In this document: positions 10,023 to 20,687 of the stretch, in pieces
How the letters are laid out: every line of letters starts with the position of its first letter
How positions within the stretch are numbered: the stretch's first letter is position 1
Assembly (NCBI GenBank): GCA_017399065.1
Contig: JAFQEL010000034.1
Coordinates: 280-64,279, forward strand
Reading direction: 5' to 3'
Length of the DNA stretch: 64,000 nt
Source of the DNA: Clostridia bacterium
GTDB taxonomy: Bacteria > Bacillota > Clostridia > Oscillospirales > Acutalibacteraceae
Notes under the pieces: generated by a model
What the model was told of the DNA's origin: nothing
The model's database searches: none
Seen by the model: the letters and a program-made list of their open reading frames with translations, nothing else
Made by a program: the position numbers and the translations under genes

Positions 10023-11573
10023 ATGAGCAAATCAAACTCAAGTGTAAAAATAATAATCGGATTGATATGCGTAATAATCGCAATATGCATAGCGTCAACA
10101 ACAATATTTGTTATACGCCCTTACTATTACGAAAACAATTACATAGCCCCTGTACCGACTAACCTCAGCACAGGCTGGAGTAATGAGCCCGAAACGATAT
10201 TCAGTGATTTTTACGTATCACCTTACGGCAGTGCAAACGGCAACGGTAGTTTGGAGCATCCTTTTGCAACTATTGAACAAGCAAAATCCGCTGTAAGAAA
10301 GATGAAAAAAGAACAGGTAAGTCACGCCGTAATAGCAATTATGGCAGGTACTTACAGTATAGACAGCGTAGAATTCACCGAAAAGGATTCGGGCACCGAA
10401 ATCTGCCGCGTAATTTACAGTGCATACGGTGACGGCGAAGTAATTTTCGACGGTGGAATTCAGGCAGGCACAGCGTTTGAACCTACTGATAAAGCACTTA
10501 TAGAAATCGACAACGCAAAATATATTACTTTCAGCGGAATCACATTCCGCAACTGTCCCGGAGTTGCCGTAAGAGCCAAAGGCAGTAATATTGATATTTC
10601 ATCCTGCACCGTAACCAATACCGGCAGTAACGGAATAGAAATAAACGGCACATCAATTACCGTAAACGGATGCAACATATCAAACACAGGTGCAAGTGCG
10701 ATTACCGTAAACGGAGGTAACCGTAACACGCTCAAATCAGGAAACTCGTCAGCCGACAACAACCTTATCAGTTCAACATCACGATTTGATAAAACTGCTC
10801 CGAGCATTATAATAAACGGCACTGGAAACTCCGTTACGCACAACGAAATTGTCAACTCCCCTTCTACCGCTGTTTACTACAGCGGTAACGCAAACAAAAT
10901 AGAATACAACTATATTCATAACACCTGCCTTGTCGGCATAAACATATTTGCGGTTGATTCACCCAAAAGATGGGATTACTACGGCAACTTCGTACGATAC
11001 AACCTCATAAGCACAATCGGCAACGGCACTGACGAGGTCGGCGGAATCTGTGCCTGCTCAGGCACTCAGGTAAGAGGCAATATGTTTATAAACATCAAGG
11101 GTACGGGTATTTCTTTTGCTGGAGGACGTGATATTAACTTTACTAACAATATCCTTGTCAACTGTACCGTACCACTCAACTATAATACATCCGCCGCAGG
11201 TGCTGACAACAAAGCATGGGAAGAACTGAAAAAATCGCCCTATCAGAGCGATATATGGAAAAAAGCTTATCCCGAATGTGCTGCACTCAAAACAGATTAT
11301 GCAGATATGACGGATGCTATGTTTGCCGCTAACCCTGCAAACAGCATAATTAAGGACAATATCGTACTCCATAAAGATGCTGAAATCGGAACAATCAGCC
11401 CCGAAGTCAACAACTACAGTAACATTGGCGACAATATGCTGTTAAAACTCTCACAAACACACATCTTTATCGATGCTAAAAGTGGTAACTATCGCATAAA
11501 CGAAAACAGCGACACATCGGAAATATTGCCCGATTATAAAGATATCCCCTTTGATTCAATAGGAAGATATTAA
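10023..11573 (+). CDS. Membrane-anchored right-handed parallel beta-helix repeat protein (pectate-lyase fold)
   Basis: N-terminal TM helix, then repeated ..NTGSNGIEINGTSITVNGCNISNTGASAITVNGG.. beta-helix turns. Confidence 0.65.
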   Translation: MSKSNSSVKIIIGLICVIIAICIASTTIFVIRPYYYENNYIAPVPTNLSTGWSNEPETIFSDFYVSPYGSANGNGSLEHPFATIEQAKSAVRKMKKEQVSHAVIAIMAGTYSIDSVEFTEKDSGTEICRVIYSAYGDGEVIFDGGIQAGTAFEPTDKALIEIDNAKYITFSGITFRNCPGVAVRAKGSNIDISSCTVTNTGSNGIEINGTSITVNGCNISNTGASAITVNGGNRNTLKSGNSSADNNLISSTSRFDKTAPSIIINGTGNSVTHNEIVNSPSTAVYYSGNANKIEYNYIHNTCLVGINIFAVDSPKRWDYYGNFVRYNLISTIGNGTDEVGGICACSGTQVRGNMFINIKGTGISFAGGRDINFTNNILVNCTVPLNYNTSAAGADNKAWEELKKSPYQSDIWKKAYPECAALKTDYADMTDAMFAANPANSIIKDNIVLHKDAEIGTISPEVNNYSNIGDNMLLKLSQTHIFIDAKSGNYRINENSDTSEILPDYKDIPFDSIGRY

Positions 11574-11576
11574 CAG

Positions 11577-11616
11577 AAAAACGGTGAAGGATTCACAGAC
11601 GAATCTTTCACCGTTA
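11577..11616. terminator. Bidirectional terminator hairpin between convergent genes
   Basis: AAAACGGTGAAGGATTC..GAATCTTTCACCGTT stem, flanked by an A-run on one side and a T-run on the other. Confidence 0.65.
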
Positions 11617-11619
11617 ATT

Positions 11620-12354
11620 TTACGCAAATATCTTACGGAGCCATTTGATGCTCATTTCGCCCCATTTTGAAGCATCAGGGTCAAATTTGCCGTTGCATAC
11701 AACAGGTGTTGCAAGCGAAAAGCCGTGACCGCCGTTACGGAAAACGTGCATTTCAAACTCGACACCGTTTGCCGCCAAAGCAGAGGCAAACTCGAGTGAA
11801 TGTTTAATCGGTACAAGACCGTCATCATTTGCGTGGAAGATAAACGAGGGTGGTGTATCGGCAGTAACATACTCGTTAGTTGAGGGGACTTCGCACTGGA
11901 GCACGTCACCTATTTCGGCAAGGATACAGGGATATGCAAGAATCAGTGCATTGGGCTTATTCTTGCTGATAGTGCCAAGTGCACTGCAAAGGTGACCGCC
12001 TGCAGAAAAGCCGATTGCTGCAATTTTATTGGGGTCAACACCAAACTCTTCAGCATTGTCACGGATATATTTCATTGCCTTTTCAGCATCGTTAAAAGGC
12101 TGTTCAAACTTGTAATTACACTCTTCCCTTCTGCCGACAGTATAACGGAGCACAAAGGTATGGTAGCCCTCAAGCGCATAGAGCATCGCAATAGGCTCAG
12201 CCTCACGGTCGGAGCACATACCGTATCCACCGCCGGGTATAACCAACACTGCGGGTCGGGAGTTCATATTAGGCATCTCACAAGAAGAATCGAGCAGATA
12301 AGCGGTAATGCTTACACTCTTATCTTCGTTAAAATATTCGGTAAAAATCCTCAT
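11620..12354 (-). CDS. Alpha/beta hydrolase (esterase, BD-FAE/acetyl-esterase-like)
   Basis: VLVIPGGGY oxyanion region, GFSAGGH nucleophile elbow, ..HANDDGLV.., ..GGHGF... ATG 12354 lies 8 nt after GGAGG. The track's 12363 start is a GTG inside the RBS. Confidence 0.7.
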   Translation of the reverse strand: MRIFTEYFNEDKSVSITAYLLDSSCEMPNMNSRPAVLVIPGGGYGMCSDREAEPIAMLYALEGYHTFVLRYTVGRREECNYKFEQPFNDAEKAMKYIRDNAEEFGVDPNKIAAIGFSAGGHLCSALGTISKNKPNALILAYPCILAEIGDVLQCEVPSTNEYVTADTPPSFIFHANDDGLVPIKHSLEFASALAANGVEFEMHVFRNGGHGFSLATPVVCNGKFDPDASKWGEMSIKWLRKIFA

Positions 12355-12546
12355 AAAAAACACCTCCGCAAATTAATTGAAGTTATTTTTATTCTATCAA
12401 AAACTCAAAAAAAGTAAATACGTTTTCAAACTTTTAACTTAAATATTTATAACAATATAATCACACGATATTAACGGTGATTTTATTTGAACAGAGAACA
12501 GTATTTACGAACGCGGATTGCAGAAATTGCAGAAGAGCTTGCAACA

Positions 12547-12588
12547 GAAAAAATGCCGCCCGTTCAGAAACGAAATCTTGAACGGGCG
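12547..12588 (-). terminator. Rho-independent terminator of the GH2 gene
   Basis: On the minus strand, CGCCCGTTCA..TGAACGGGCG hairpin followed by a U-run. Confidence 0.7.
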
Positions 12589-12620
12589 TTGAAATTTTAT
12601 ATTGATGATTTAAGAAACAA

Positions 12621-14363
12621 TCAATAGGTAAGCTTTGAGTTGATTTCCCTGAGCATATTCTCATCAAGCTTTACAAGCTTGCGGTCATATGTGAGAATAC
12701 CGTTTACCTCATTCTCAACGTCGCTGACCTGAGTATAGACCAGTGCACAAAGACCGTGCTTGATAAGCGGAATAACCTGAGATGTGTGCAGGCGTCTGTA
12801 TGCGTTTGAAAGAGTATCCTTATTGCGGAACATCAGATAACCGAAGCACTTTTTGATATTCCACACGTGGTCCTTGATTACGCTGCTGTAGCCGCCGTAT
12901 TCGCTGACAACAAACGCACGGTCATCAAGAAAATAAGGATGAAGCGGTACGATATAGCGGTGAATACTTTTGAAGTCGCCGCCCTTCTGGTCGTGCCAGC
13001 CGCTTGCGTGGTCAACAAAACGTGAGGGATCAACCTTCTTGACGTAAGCAGCAACATTCTTGGCATCAAACTGACCCCAGCTCTCATTAAACGGTACCCA
13101 CGTACAGATTGAAACGCAGTTGTAGAGTGCGGCCATCATTTCGTCAAGCTCGTTAAGGAAATACTTCTTGCCCTGCTCATCCTTACGGTCATAAAGGCTG
13201 CTGAATTTATCAGTCATATTCTTTATACCAATATTCGGGAGTACACCTGCAACAAGCTGATGAACATCACAACCGTTGGGCATATCCTGCCAGACAAGCA
13301 TACCGAGTCTGTCGCAGTGATAGTACCAGCGTGCAGGCTCAACCTTGATATGCTTTCTGAGCATATTGTAACCAAGGTCACGCATCTTCTCAATATCATA
13401 AATAAGAGCTTCATCAGTAGGTGCTGTCATGCCGCCGTCAGGCCAATAGCCCTGGTCAAGCAGACCTTTCTGGAAATAAGGCTCATTATTAAGGCAAAGT
13501 CTGACCTTGCCTTTTGAATCACGCTTCATACTGTATTTACGCATACCGAAATACGACTTGACTTCGTCAATTACAGTATCCCCTGCCACAAGCTCAACTT
13601 TGAGGTCATAGAGGAAGGGTGATTCGGGAGACCAAAGCTTCATATCGGGGATTTCAAGCTTGCCCTTTTTGTCAAAGGTTGCAGTTGAAACAGCTGTATC
13701 ACCGTCAAAAGCAGTAACACGCACACTTGCTTCACCGTTGAAATCAACATCGATATCAAGCACAGCATTATCGATATCGGGAGTAAGTCTGAGTGACTCA
13801 ATATGGATTTCAGGTACGACCTCAATCCACACAGTCTGCCAGATACCGGATGTAGATGTATACCAGAAGCCGACAGGCTTTGAAATCTGCTTACCTCTGG
13901 GCTGTGTACCCTTTTCTGTAGGGTCAATTACCTTTATAACAAGCTCATTTTCATCCGAAAGGTAGTCAGTAATATCAAAGCTGAAAGGACAGTAGCCGCC
14001 GATATGTCCGCCTACTGTTTTACCGTTAACATAAACCTCACTTTTCCAATCAACAGCACCGAAGTGAAGAATTACGCGCTTACCTTCGTAGTTCTCATCA
14101 ACGGTAAACTTGCGTCTGTACCAGAGTGCTTCGTTCTCGTTGAGTACACCTTCTACACCTGAAAGCTCACATTCAAGTGCAAAAGGAACAATTATCTCCC
14201 CTTCGGCATTGCCCATAACGCCGACACCTGCTTTGGTTATTGCGTATTCGTACCTGCCGTTGAGACACTGATAGCTTTCGCGTACCATCTGCGGACGCGG
14301 ATACTCGCTTAGGGGACAATCTTTATTTACTTTTTCTGCCCAGAGTGTTCTGATAGTATTCAT
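12621..14363 (-). CDS. Glycoside hydrolase family 2 (beta-galactosidase/beta-glucuronidase-like), cytoplasmic
   Basis: GH2 sugar-binding N-domain (WYRRKFTV..GKRVILHFGAVDWKSEVYVNG), Ig-like domain, and TIM barrel with ..NMLRKHIKVE.. and ..WVPFNESWGQ.. (acid/base NE). Confidence 0.8.
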   Translation of the reverse strand: MNTIRTLWAEKVNKDCPLSEYPRPQMVRESYQCLNGRYEYAITKAGVGVMGNAEGEIIVPFALECELSGVEGVLNENEALWYRRKFTVDENYEGKRVILHFGAVDWKSEVYVNGKTVGGHIGGYCPFSFDITDYLSDENELVIKVIDPTEKGTQPRGKQISKPVGFWYTSTSGIWQTVWIEVVPEIHIESLRLTPDIDNAVLDIDVDFNGEASVRVTAFDGDTAVSTATFDKKGKLEIPDMKLWSPESPFLYDLKVELVAGDTVIDEVKSYFGMRKYSMKRDSKGKVRLCLNNEPYFQKGLLDQGYWPDGGMTAPTDEALIYDIEKMRDLGYNMLRKHIKVEPARWYYHCDRLGMLVWQDMPNGCDVHQLVAGVLPNIGIKNMTDKFSSLYDRKDEQGKKYFLNELDEMMAALYNCVSICTWVPFNESWGQFDAKNVAAYVKKVDPSRFVDHASGWHDQKGGDFKSIHRYIVPLHPYFLDDRAFVVSEYGGYSSVIKDHVWNIKKCFGYLMFRNKDTLSNAYRRLHTSQVIPLIKHGLCALVYTQVSDVENEVNGILTYDRKLVKLDENMLREINSKLTY

Positions 14364-14374
14364 TAGTTACTCCT

Positions 14375-17300
14375 TTACTGAGGTGATTGAGTGATAAATG
14401 TATTTTTCATAATATACTCCTGCAGGAATATTGAATCCGACTGATCTACAGCACCGTCGTGGTTAACATCCGCAGCAAGATACTGTGCAAAAGTAAAATC
14501 ATACTCTTCGAGCATACCGCCTGCGAGCATATTGAGCAAGAAGGCATCGCTGTGATCGACATATCCATCGCTGTTAATGTCGCCGTATATTACGACATTT
14601 GCTATATGAAGCCAAGCACCCATTTCATCATAAAGTATGACTGTTACACCAGTATAGAGCCTGTCGTTCGGTTCCAGCTCATATATAATATCCTGATCAT
14701 AAATACCTATACGTACATTTGATATCTGACTGCGAAGCTGAGAAACAGTCATATTAAGGTTGGGATAAACTCCGTAAATAAACGCACCGTCTTCATGGTC
14801 ATTAATTTTAAGAAAAGCTGTAGGCAGGAAGGAAATAAGACCGGGCTCATCAAGTACGGCTCTGACATTTACATCCGCCACAACATAGTCAAACTTAGCA
14901 TCCCACTTGATAAACGCATAACCGGGAACTACGGGATCAGGCGGAGCTATTGCCTTGCCGCCTCGCTTTGTGGCTGCCATCCAATAATGCTCACCGTTTA
15001 CGGTAAAGTTAACTGCGTAAATTACAGCATCCGAACTGTCATCCGCAGAGAAAACCGGATGAAGCTCACCTTGTGCCCAGGTAAGCTCAGTACCGTTTGC
15101 ATTGAGCCTGTATGCAGTTGCTCCGTTGACAATCTCGTATGAATTCTGCGCTTGACCTAAAACACAGTCAGAAGAAACTGCCGTATTTTCAAGATAATAG
15201 CAAAGCTCAGCACTGTAAGAATCGTCATACTCACCGGATATTGCGCCGAATTTTGTATTGCCCGTTATCTTACCTGCATTATAAGATGAATAAATATCAC
15301 CGTATGATGAGCCGACGATACCGCCGACATAGGTTTCACCTGAAACATCACCGATATTTGCAACATTTGTTAATGAGCCGAAGTTTCTGCCGACAACACC
15401 GCCTACTTCGGAAGAAGCTCTTTCTCCGACAGAGCCGCTGTTATAACACACATCGATCGTTCCACCGTCATTATTGCCTATAATGCCGCCTACCGCTGTC
15501 GCACCGTAAACATCAGCAGAATTGTCGCAGTAATAAACATCCGTATTTATAAATCCCGCTATACCGCCGACTGACTCGTTACCGCTTATTTTTCCGCTCA
15601 GTACATTACATTCATAAACAGAGCTTTGGTAACTGCATCCGACGATGCCGCCGACATAGTTGTTACCGTTGACAGTCACATTATCAAGAATCAGTCTCTC
15701 CACCAATGCTCCTGAAGTATAACCGAAGAAGCCGACATAGTTATCGCCTTCGATATTCAGTCCGTCAATCTTATTATATCCGCCTGTAAAACAACCGCTG
15801 AAAGGTCGGATTTGCGTACCCATCGGCATATAATTATCAGCCATATCGGGCATATGCATGGCTATATCGGAAGTAAGAACATAATTGTAGCAATTATATT
15901 CGCCTTCGTTATTGACAAAAGCTGAAACCATATGAAGATCGCGCTCATTTTCAATCAGATATGTACCGTCAGTTTCACCGTCTTTAAGTTCAAACTTGAA
16001 AACAGGATATTCACTGTTTCCGAACACAGGACAGTAACCGTTGTGTCCCCAGAAATCACTTCCGTTTTCACGATTCATCACACCCGAAAGATAGCCTGAA
16101 TAAAACCATCCGTAATGTGCCGGTGTGCCGTAAGATGAATTGCCGAATTGCTCACAATAATATACACTTGTCAGATTATAGACATCTGCTGAAGTACATA
16201 TCACATCAGCCAAAGCTCCCGTAACCCTGCCGAATGAATGGGCCTGCTTGGCAATAAGAGACGGAGAAGCCGCAACAATACCGCCTGCAGCGGAAGTACC
16301 GTTAACATCAGCATAATTATAAAAATAAGTCATATTAAGACTGCCGCTTCCAAGTATGCCGCCTGCGGTTTCGCCGCTGACATTTCCGCTGTTGCTGACT
16401 TGTGTACCGCTGATATTACCGCTGCCGAGTATACCACCTGAAAAACCGCTCGAATTAACGTCACCGCTGTTTGAAGAGCGGATAACATTAACAGACTCTG
16501 CTGATGAACAGCCGACAATACCGCCGGCACAGTCAAAAGCAGTTACACGGGCACTGTTTTTAACATTTGCTAATGTAATTCGACCGGATACAAGACCGAC
16601 AATACCACCGGCATTGAATCCGCCTATCGCATCGGAAGACGCTGAAGAACGGTATTGTTTTACATTCACTCTGCCATCAAAAGAGCAAGACGTAATATTA
16701 GCAGAGCTCTCACCTGCTATACCGCCTACATTTTCAACACCGACAAGCACAGCTGAAGATGAGCAGCCGCTGACAACACCGTCAGCCTTACCTGCTATGC
16801 CTCCGATTTTTTTGTAGCCCTCAAAATAAGAGCGTGTAACGTTCAGGTCGGTAATTGATGCGGTATCGGTGATAACACCGAAAATACCGAGTTCGGATGC
16901 ATTGGCAGCCATGGCATCGTATTTAATATAGAAGCCTGAGAGAGTATGACCGTCACCGTCGAAATCACCTTCATAAAACTTTACGTAATCATCGGAATTA
17001 TTGTAATCATAACCGCCTATCGGCACCCATATTTCAGCATCATCGTAGAATGAAGCTTCTCCGCCCTCAATAGCGTACTTACCGTCATTCATCTCTATAT
17101 CGGCAGTAAGTCTGCCGTTGATTGCGGTATTGCCGAAAAGAACCTCATCCCTGAACCATATAAGCTGCTCAAGGTTTGAAATAAGATAATATCCGTCTGT
17201 ATCTCGCACCGTCTCGTAGTGTGCATAAACGCTTGTGTTCTCAACAATAGCTGATGAAAAATCAAACGGGTTGCCGTTTTTATCGGTCCAACCGACAAAC

Positions 17301-19024
17301 GTCATACCATCAGGAGCCGGCGGATCAGCCGGAACGGAAGCGTTGAATCCGTGGTCAATAGTCTGGGTTGAAATTACAGAGCCGTCAATATTAAGGAACG
17401 TAACCTCATAATTATCTCTTATCAGGCCGGTTATTTCTACGGTCTGATCTTCTGTAATATTGCTGATTGTATAAATTATACCGTATTTAGCCTTCAGCTC
17501 TTCACCGTTTGATGTAACAACAAGATCTGACTGCATATATATATCCGCAAGCTCAATCGAAAAAGCAAAATTCTCACCGTATTCTACCTCAGTTGAATAC
17601 TCAGGCAAAGGATATATAGTATACGCTTCACTTTCAGGCAAATTTACTGTATAGGTGTTAACCGACATATCGCCAACAGTAATTATAATATTTTCAGTAA
17701 CATTATCTACTGTATATTTTCCGCCTCTGAGAACAACACGTGCTTTGTTTGCCCACACAAGAATCTCAGATTGGGTATATGCGGGGTCAACTTCAATATT
17801 GAAAGAATAATCCTCACCGTAATAAACAAAATTGCGTCCGTTCTCGGGGATTATTTTAAAATAATCGGATTCGGGCAAGGTGATATAAAATCTGCTGACT
17901 ACTTCACCCGTAAACATATAGAACTCTGACGATTTTCCGGATTCGGCACCTGAAAGGAATTTCTCACCGTCACCCAAAGGCTGTACGGTGAAATAATACT
18001 TACCGTAGCTTGTAAAATGTCCGCCGAAATTGCAACTCAGAGCATCGGTTACGTTAAACGTTTTTTTCAGTTCATAACCAACATCGTTGAAAAAATAAAG
18101 ATTAACTGCATAACCCGTTGCATTTGCAACCGGACTCCATCTTGCTACAGGGTTTGTTGTACCGGCATCATCGATAACCGTATCATCCCAATAAATCTCA
18201 CGGGGAGGATTCAGCACGGGAGCACCCGTAAAGGTTGCACGGAAATACTTCTGGTCGGTATACTCCGTAATCGGAGAACCGGGTGACGATTTTCCGCCAC
18301 CTACAGAACCGTTTGCGCTCCACTCAACATAAGCATCCTCTCCGTAAAGAGCAAAAGCCTTTGACTGAGCTCTCACTTCAACGTCGGTATCACCGCCGCT
18401 GATATATACGTTACCCTCCGAAGAATACAATCCGTCACTGCCGTTAAGGCGTACTCTGCCTGAAGTAATACTAAGGTCACCGAATGTGTACATACATCTG
18501 GTTGACGTATGAATATTAACATTACCCGTAGTATCAATACTGATACCTTTGATAGCCATAATACCGGCAAGTCCGTCGATATTAAGCGATGCAGACTCGG
18601 TAATTGAAACAGTATAGTCGGTATTGAGGGCATATGTATTATCACAAATAAGTGTGAGCGAACCGTTACCGGTAAATTTAACATTACCGATAATTATCAT
18701 CGCACTCTTTGAAGATGCATAAATATAGCTGTTACCCTTCAGCTCAACTGTAAGATTACCGCTGTAAGGATAAACAAACAGCTCAGATTTAGGTTCATAG
18801 CTTGTGCCGAAATTTTCAAGTGTAAGCTTATCTTCAGAAGCGTCATAATGCCAATGGGTAAGTGCAAGAGCACCAAGATCGGTATATTCTTTGTTATATG
18901 TAATGCCGTCGATAACCATACGCATTACACCTGCCGCCTTAACTTCGGGAACAGTTGTGACCATACACGCAACGGCAAGAAAAGCACAAATAAAAATAAA
19001 CAATACTCTTTTTAAATTTTTCAC
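14375..19024 (-). CDS. Giant secreted cellulosome-type protein with Listeria-Bacteroides B-repeats, two blocks of GLUG-motif repeats and a C-terminal type I dockerin
   Basis: Signal peptide MKNLKRVLFIFICAFLAVA..VKA. B-repeats YEVTFLNIDGSV..FVGWTDKNGNPF and YAVNFTVNGEHYW..FIKWD. Many (V/I)GGI(A/V)G units. The terminal DINSDGYVDHSD / DVNHDGAVDQSD pair of Ca-binding loops is a dockerin. The likely start is GTG 19024, 9 nt after AGGAGG. The track's 19033 GTG abuts the RBS. Confidence 0.8.
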   Translation of the reverse strand: MKNLKRVLFIFICAFLAVACMVTTVPEVKAAGVMRMVIDGITYNKEYTDLGALALTHWHYDASEDKLTLENFGTSYEPKSELFVYPYSGNLTVELKGNSYIYASSKSAMIIIGNVKFTGNGSLTLICDNTYALNTDYTVSITESASLNIDGLAGIMAIKGISIDTTGNVNIHTSTRCMYTFGDLSITSGRVRLNGSDGLYSSEGNVYISGGDTDVEVRAQSKAFALYGEDAYVEWSANGSVGGGKSSPGSPITEYTDQKYFRATFTGAPVLNPPREIYWDDTVIDDAGTTNPVARWSPVANATGYAVNLYFFNDVGYELKKTFNVTDALSCNFGGHFTSYGKYYFTVQPLGDGEKFLSGAESGKSSEFYMFTGEVVSRFYITLPESDYFKIIPENGRNFVYYGEDYSFNIEVDPAYTQSEILVWANKARVVLRGGKYTVDNVTENIIITVGDMSVNTYTVNLPESEAYTIYPLPEYSTEVEYGENFAFSIELADIYMQSDLVVTSNGEELKAKYGIIYTISNITEDQTVEITGLIRDNYEVTFLNIDGSVISTQTIDHGFNASVPADPPAPDGMTFVGWTDKNGNPFDFSSAIVENTSVYAHYETVRDTDGYYLISNLEQLIWFRDEVLFGNTAINGRLTADIEMNDGKYAIEGGEASFYDDAEIWVPIGGYDYNNSDDYVKFYEGDFDGDGHTLSGFYIKYDAMAANASELGIFGVITDTASITDLNVTRSYFEGYKKIGGIAGKADGVVSGCSSSAVLVGVENVGGIAGESSANITSCSFDGRVNVKQYRSSASSDAIGGFNAGGIVGLVSGRITLANVKNSARVTAFDCAGGIVGCSSAESVNVIRSSNSGDVNSSGFSGGILGSGNISGTQVSNSGNVSGETAGGILGSGSLNMTYFYNYADVNGTSAAGGIVAASPSLIAKQAHSFGRVTGALADVICTSADVYNLTSVYYCEQFGNSSYGTPAHYGWFYSGYLSGVMNRENGSDFWGHNGYCPVFGNSEYPVFKFELKDGETDGTYLIENERDLHMVSAFVNNEGEYNCYNYVLTSDIAMHMPDMADNYMPMGTQIRPFSGCFTGGYNKIDGLNIEGDNYVGFFGYTSGALVERLILDNVTVNGNNYVGGIVGCSYQSSVYECNVLSGKISGNESVGGIAGFINTDVYYCDNSADVYGATAVGGIIGNNDGGTIDVCYNSGSVGERASSEVGGVVGRNFGSLTNVANIGDVSGETYVGGIVGSSYGDIYSSYNAGKITGNTKFGAISGEYDDSYSAELCYYLENTAVSSDCVLGQAQNSYEIVNGATAYRLNANGTELTWAQGELHPVFSADDSSDAVIYAVNFTVNGEHYWMAATKRGGKAIAPPDPVVPGYAFIKWDAKFDYVVADVNVRAVLDEPGLISFLPTAFLKINDHEDGAFIYGVYPNLNMTVSQLRSQISNVRIGIYDQDIIYELEPNDRLYTGVTVILYDEMGAWLHIANVVIYGDINSDGYVDHSDAFLLNMLAGGMLEEYDFTFAQYLAADVNHDGAVDQSDSIFLQEYIMKNTFITQSPQ

Positions 19025-19215
19025 GCACTGCACCTCCTTTTAAAGCAGTAAATCAAAAATGAAAGCAGTTTAAACACTTATACAAACACGTATCTTTTAT
19101 TATAATACTACAGATATATAAAAATAGCAATAACAAAGATAAGACACAATCTTTGTGCAAAATGAGCAAAAACCCCGTCTGCTCTCTTTCAATAAGTCAG
19201 ACGGAGTTTTCATTT

Positions 19216-20556
19216 TCACACATTAAAGTTCAAGGATACGGGCTCCGAATCAAAATGATATGCACTTTCGGCAGTTACTGTAAGAATATACGCTTTACCG
19301 GATTCAAGCAAGTCTTTTGCAACCGTAAATCCCTGTATATCAATATCATCAATTATATAATAATCCGAAATTATATTGTCTTTATAAATCTCTTTTCCGT
19401 TTTCATCCGTGATCGAAACCTTGTATTCGTGCACTATATATCCTTCGGGAACTTCTGCGTGAGTAAAGGATATTCTGTAGTCACCGTTGTCATCAACAGC
19501 AGCACAAGCGACTGCATCATCACCGAAAGCAGGAGCCTTGTCGTGTGCTTTCATATTTTTATATGTATAAGCATATGAATCCTCGTCGTTTATATCGTCA
19601 ATATAATACTCACAGAAGAACGTATCGGATAAAAGATCATAGCCTCTGATCCTTACACTGCCGTCAATGTCGGCTTCGACCACGCAGAACTGTGCCGCAT
19701 CCTCATATCTTTCGGGGTGCTGACCCACAATATAATCTTTATCAAGCTCAAATCTTGCCATTGCACCGACACCGACTGACGTATACGTTGTCTGGTTGAT
19801 GCTTCTGGGGTCATTCATCGGAAAATGCGAGTGACCCGAGAAATTGATAACTTTGTTATGACCTGCAAAAACGGGATTAAGCTGAGGTGTGCACCATATT
19901 GAACTGCCATAAACCGTGCCGAACGGATGAGGATGAACAAAAACAAACACGGGTTTATCCCCTGCCTCAGCTTCAGCCTTATGAACTTCATCGCTTAGCC
20001 ATTTAAGACTTCCGGGAGTGAAAGTCCACTCAGTAAGCGAACGCTCACCCGAAAAAGAAATAAAAGTAAAGCCTTTTATCTGAGTAACCGTATTTGGATC
20101 ATAGCCAAAATGCTTTTTGAAAAGCTCATCACATATATCACTTTTCATCTCGTGATTACCGTTAATATTGATACATACGGTTTCTTTTCGGATATGTGAT
20201 TTGAGTGTATCAACAAACGCAATATAATCCTCTTCACTACCGATATCGGAAAAATCACCAAGACCGAAAAAGGCATCTACACCTTTATATTCTGAATCAT
20301 TATCGAAAAGAGAATAAGCTGTATCAATAGCATCGGCTACATTTTCGTTTTCATTATGTGTATCGGTAAAAACAACAAATCTTACCTCCGGCTTGAAATC
20401 ATCCGGAGTACTTGGCAAAGCTTCGGTTATATCTCCTCTTGAAGTCTGCACTGCGCCCCAACCGAGTGTTACAATACAGCATACCAACAGAAAAGAAGCA
20501 ACAGAGCCGATAATGATACCTAATGTTTTTAAAAATCCTTTTAAAAGCTTTTTCAA
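19216..20556 (-). CDS. Membrane-anchored calcineurin-like metallophosphoesterase with a C-terminal Ig-like domain
   Basis: N-terminal TM helix. Motifs FTDTHNE, GDFSDIG, GNHE and GHSHFP. Confidence 0.75.
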   Translation of the reverse strand: MKKLLKGFLKTLGIIIGSVASFLLVCCIVTLGWGAVQTSRGDITEALPSTPDDFKPEVRFVVFTDTHNENENVADAIDTAYSLFDNDSEYKGVDAFFGLGDFSDIGSEEDYIAFVDTLKSHIRKETVCININGNHEMKSDICDELFKKHFGYDPNTVTQIKGFTFISFSGERSLTEWTFTPGSLKWLSDEVHKAEAEAGDKPVFVFVHPHPFGTVYGSSIWCTPQLNPVFAGHNKVINFSGHSHFPMNDPRSINQTTYTSVGVGAMARFELDKDYIVGQHPERYEDAAQFCVVEADIDGSVRIRGYDLLSDTFFCEYYIDDINDEDSYAYTYKNMKAHDKAPAFGDDAVACAAVDDNGDYRISFTHAEVPEGYIVHEYKVSITDENGKEIYKDNIISDYYIIDDIDIQGFTVAKDLLESGKAYILTVTAESAYHFDSEPVSLNFNV

Positions 20557-20687
20557 ATACCGTCACACCTTTCTCAATATAAACAAATCATATACCCTAA
20601 ATAAACTTGTGTCAATGATATATTGTCATAGCAAATTTAATTTGATATACTTACAACATAATGATTCACCGCAGGAGTTTACCTTCA

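Noticed and set aside
16356-16817. 153-aa Pro/Thr/Ser-rich plus-strand ORF, and the similar ORFs at 15139..15483, 18017..18286 and 14795..15142, all inside the dockerin gene
   Set aside because: They lie antisense to a long, motif-rich, well-supported CDS. Their low-complexity composition is the mirror image of the Gly/Ala/Ser-rich GLUG repeats. None has an RBS.
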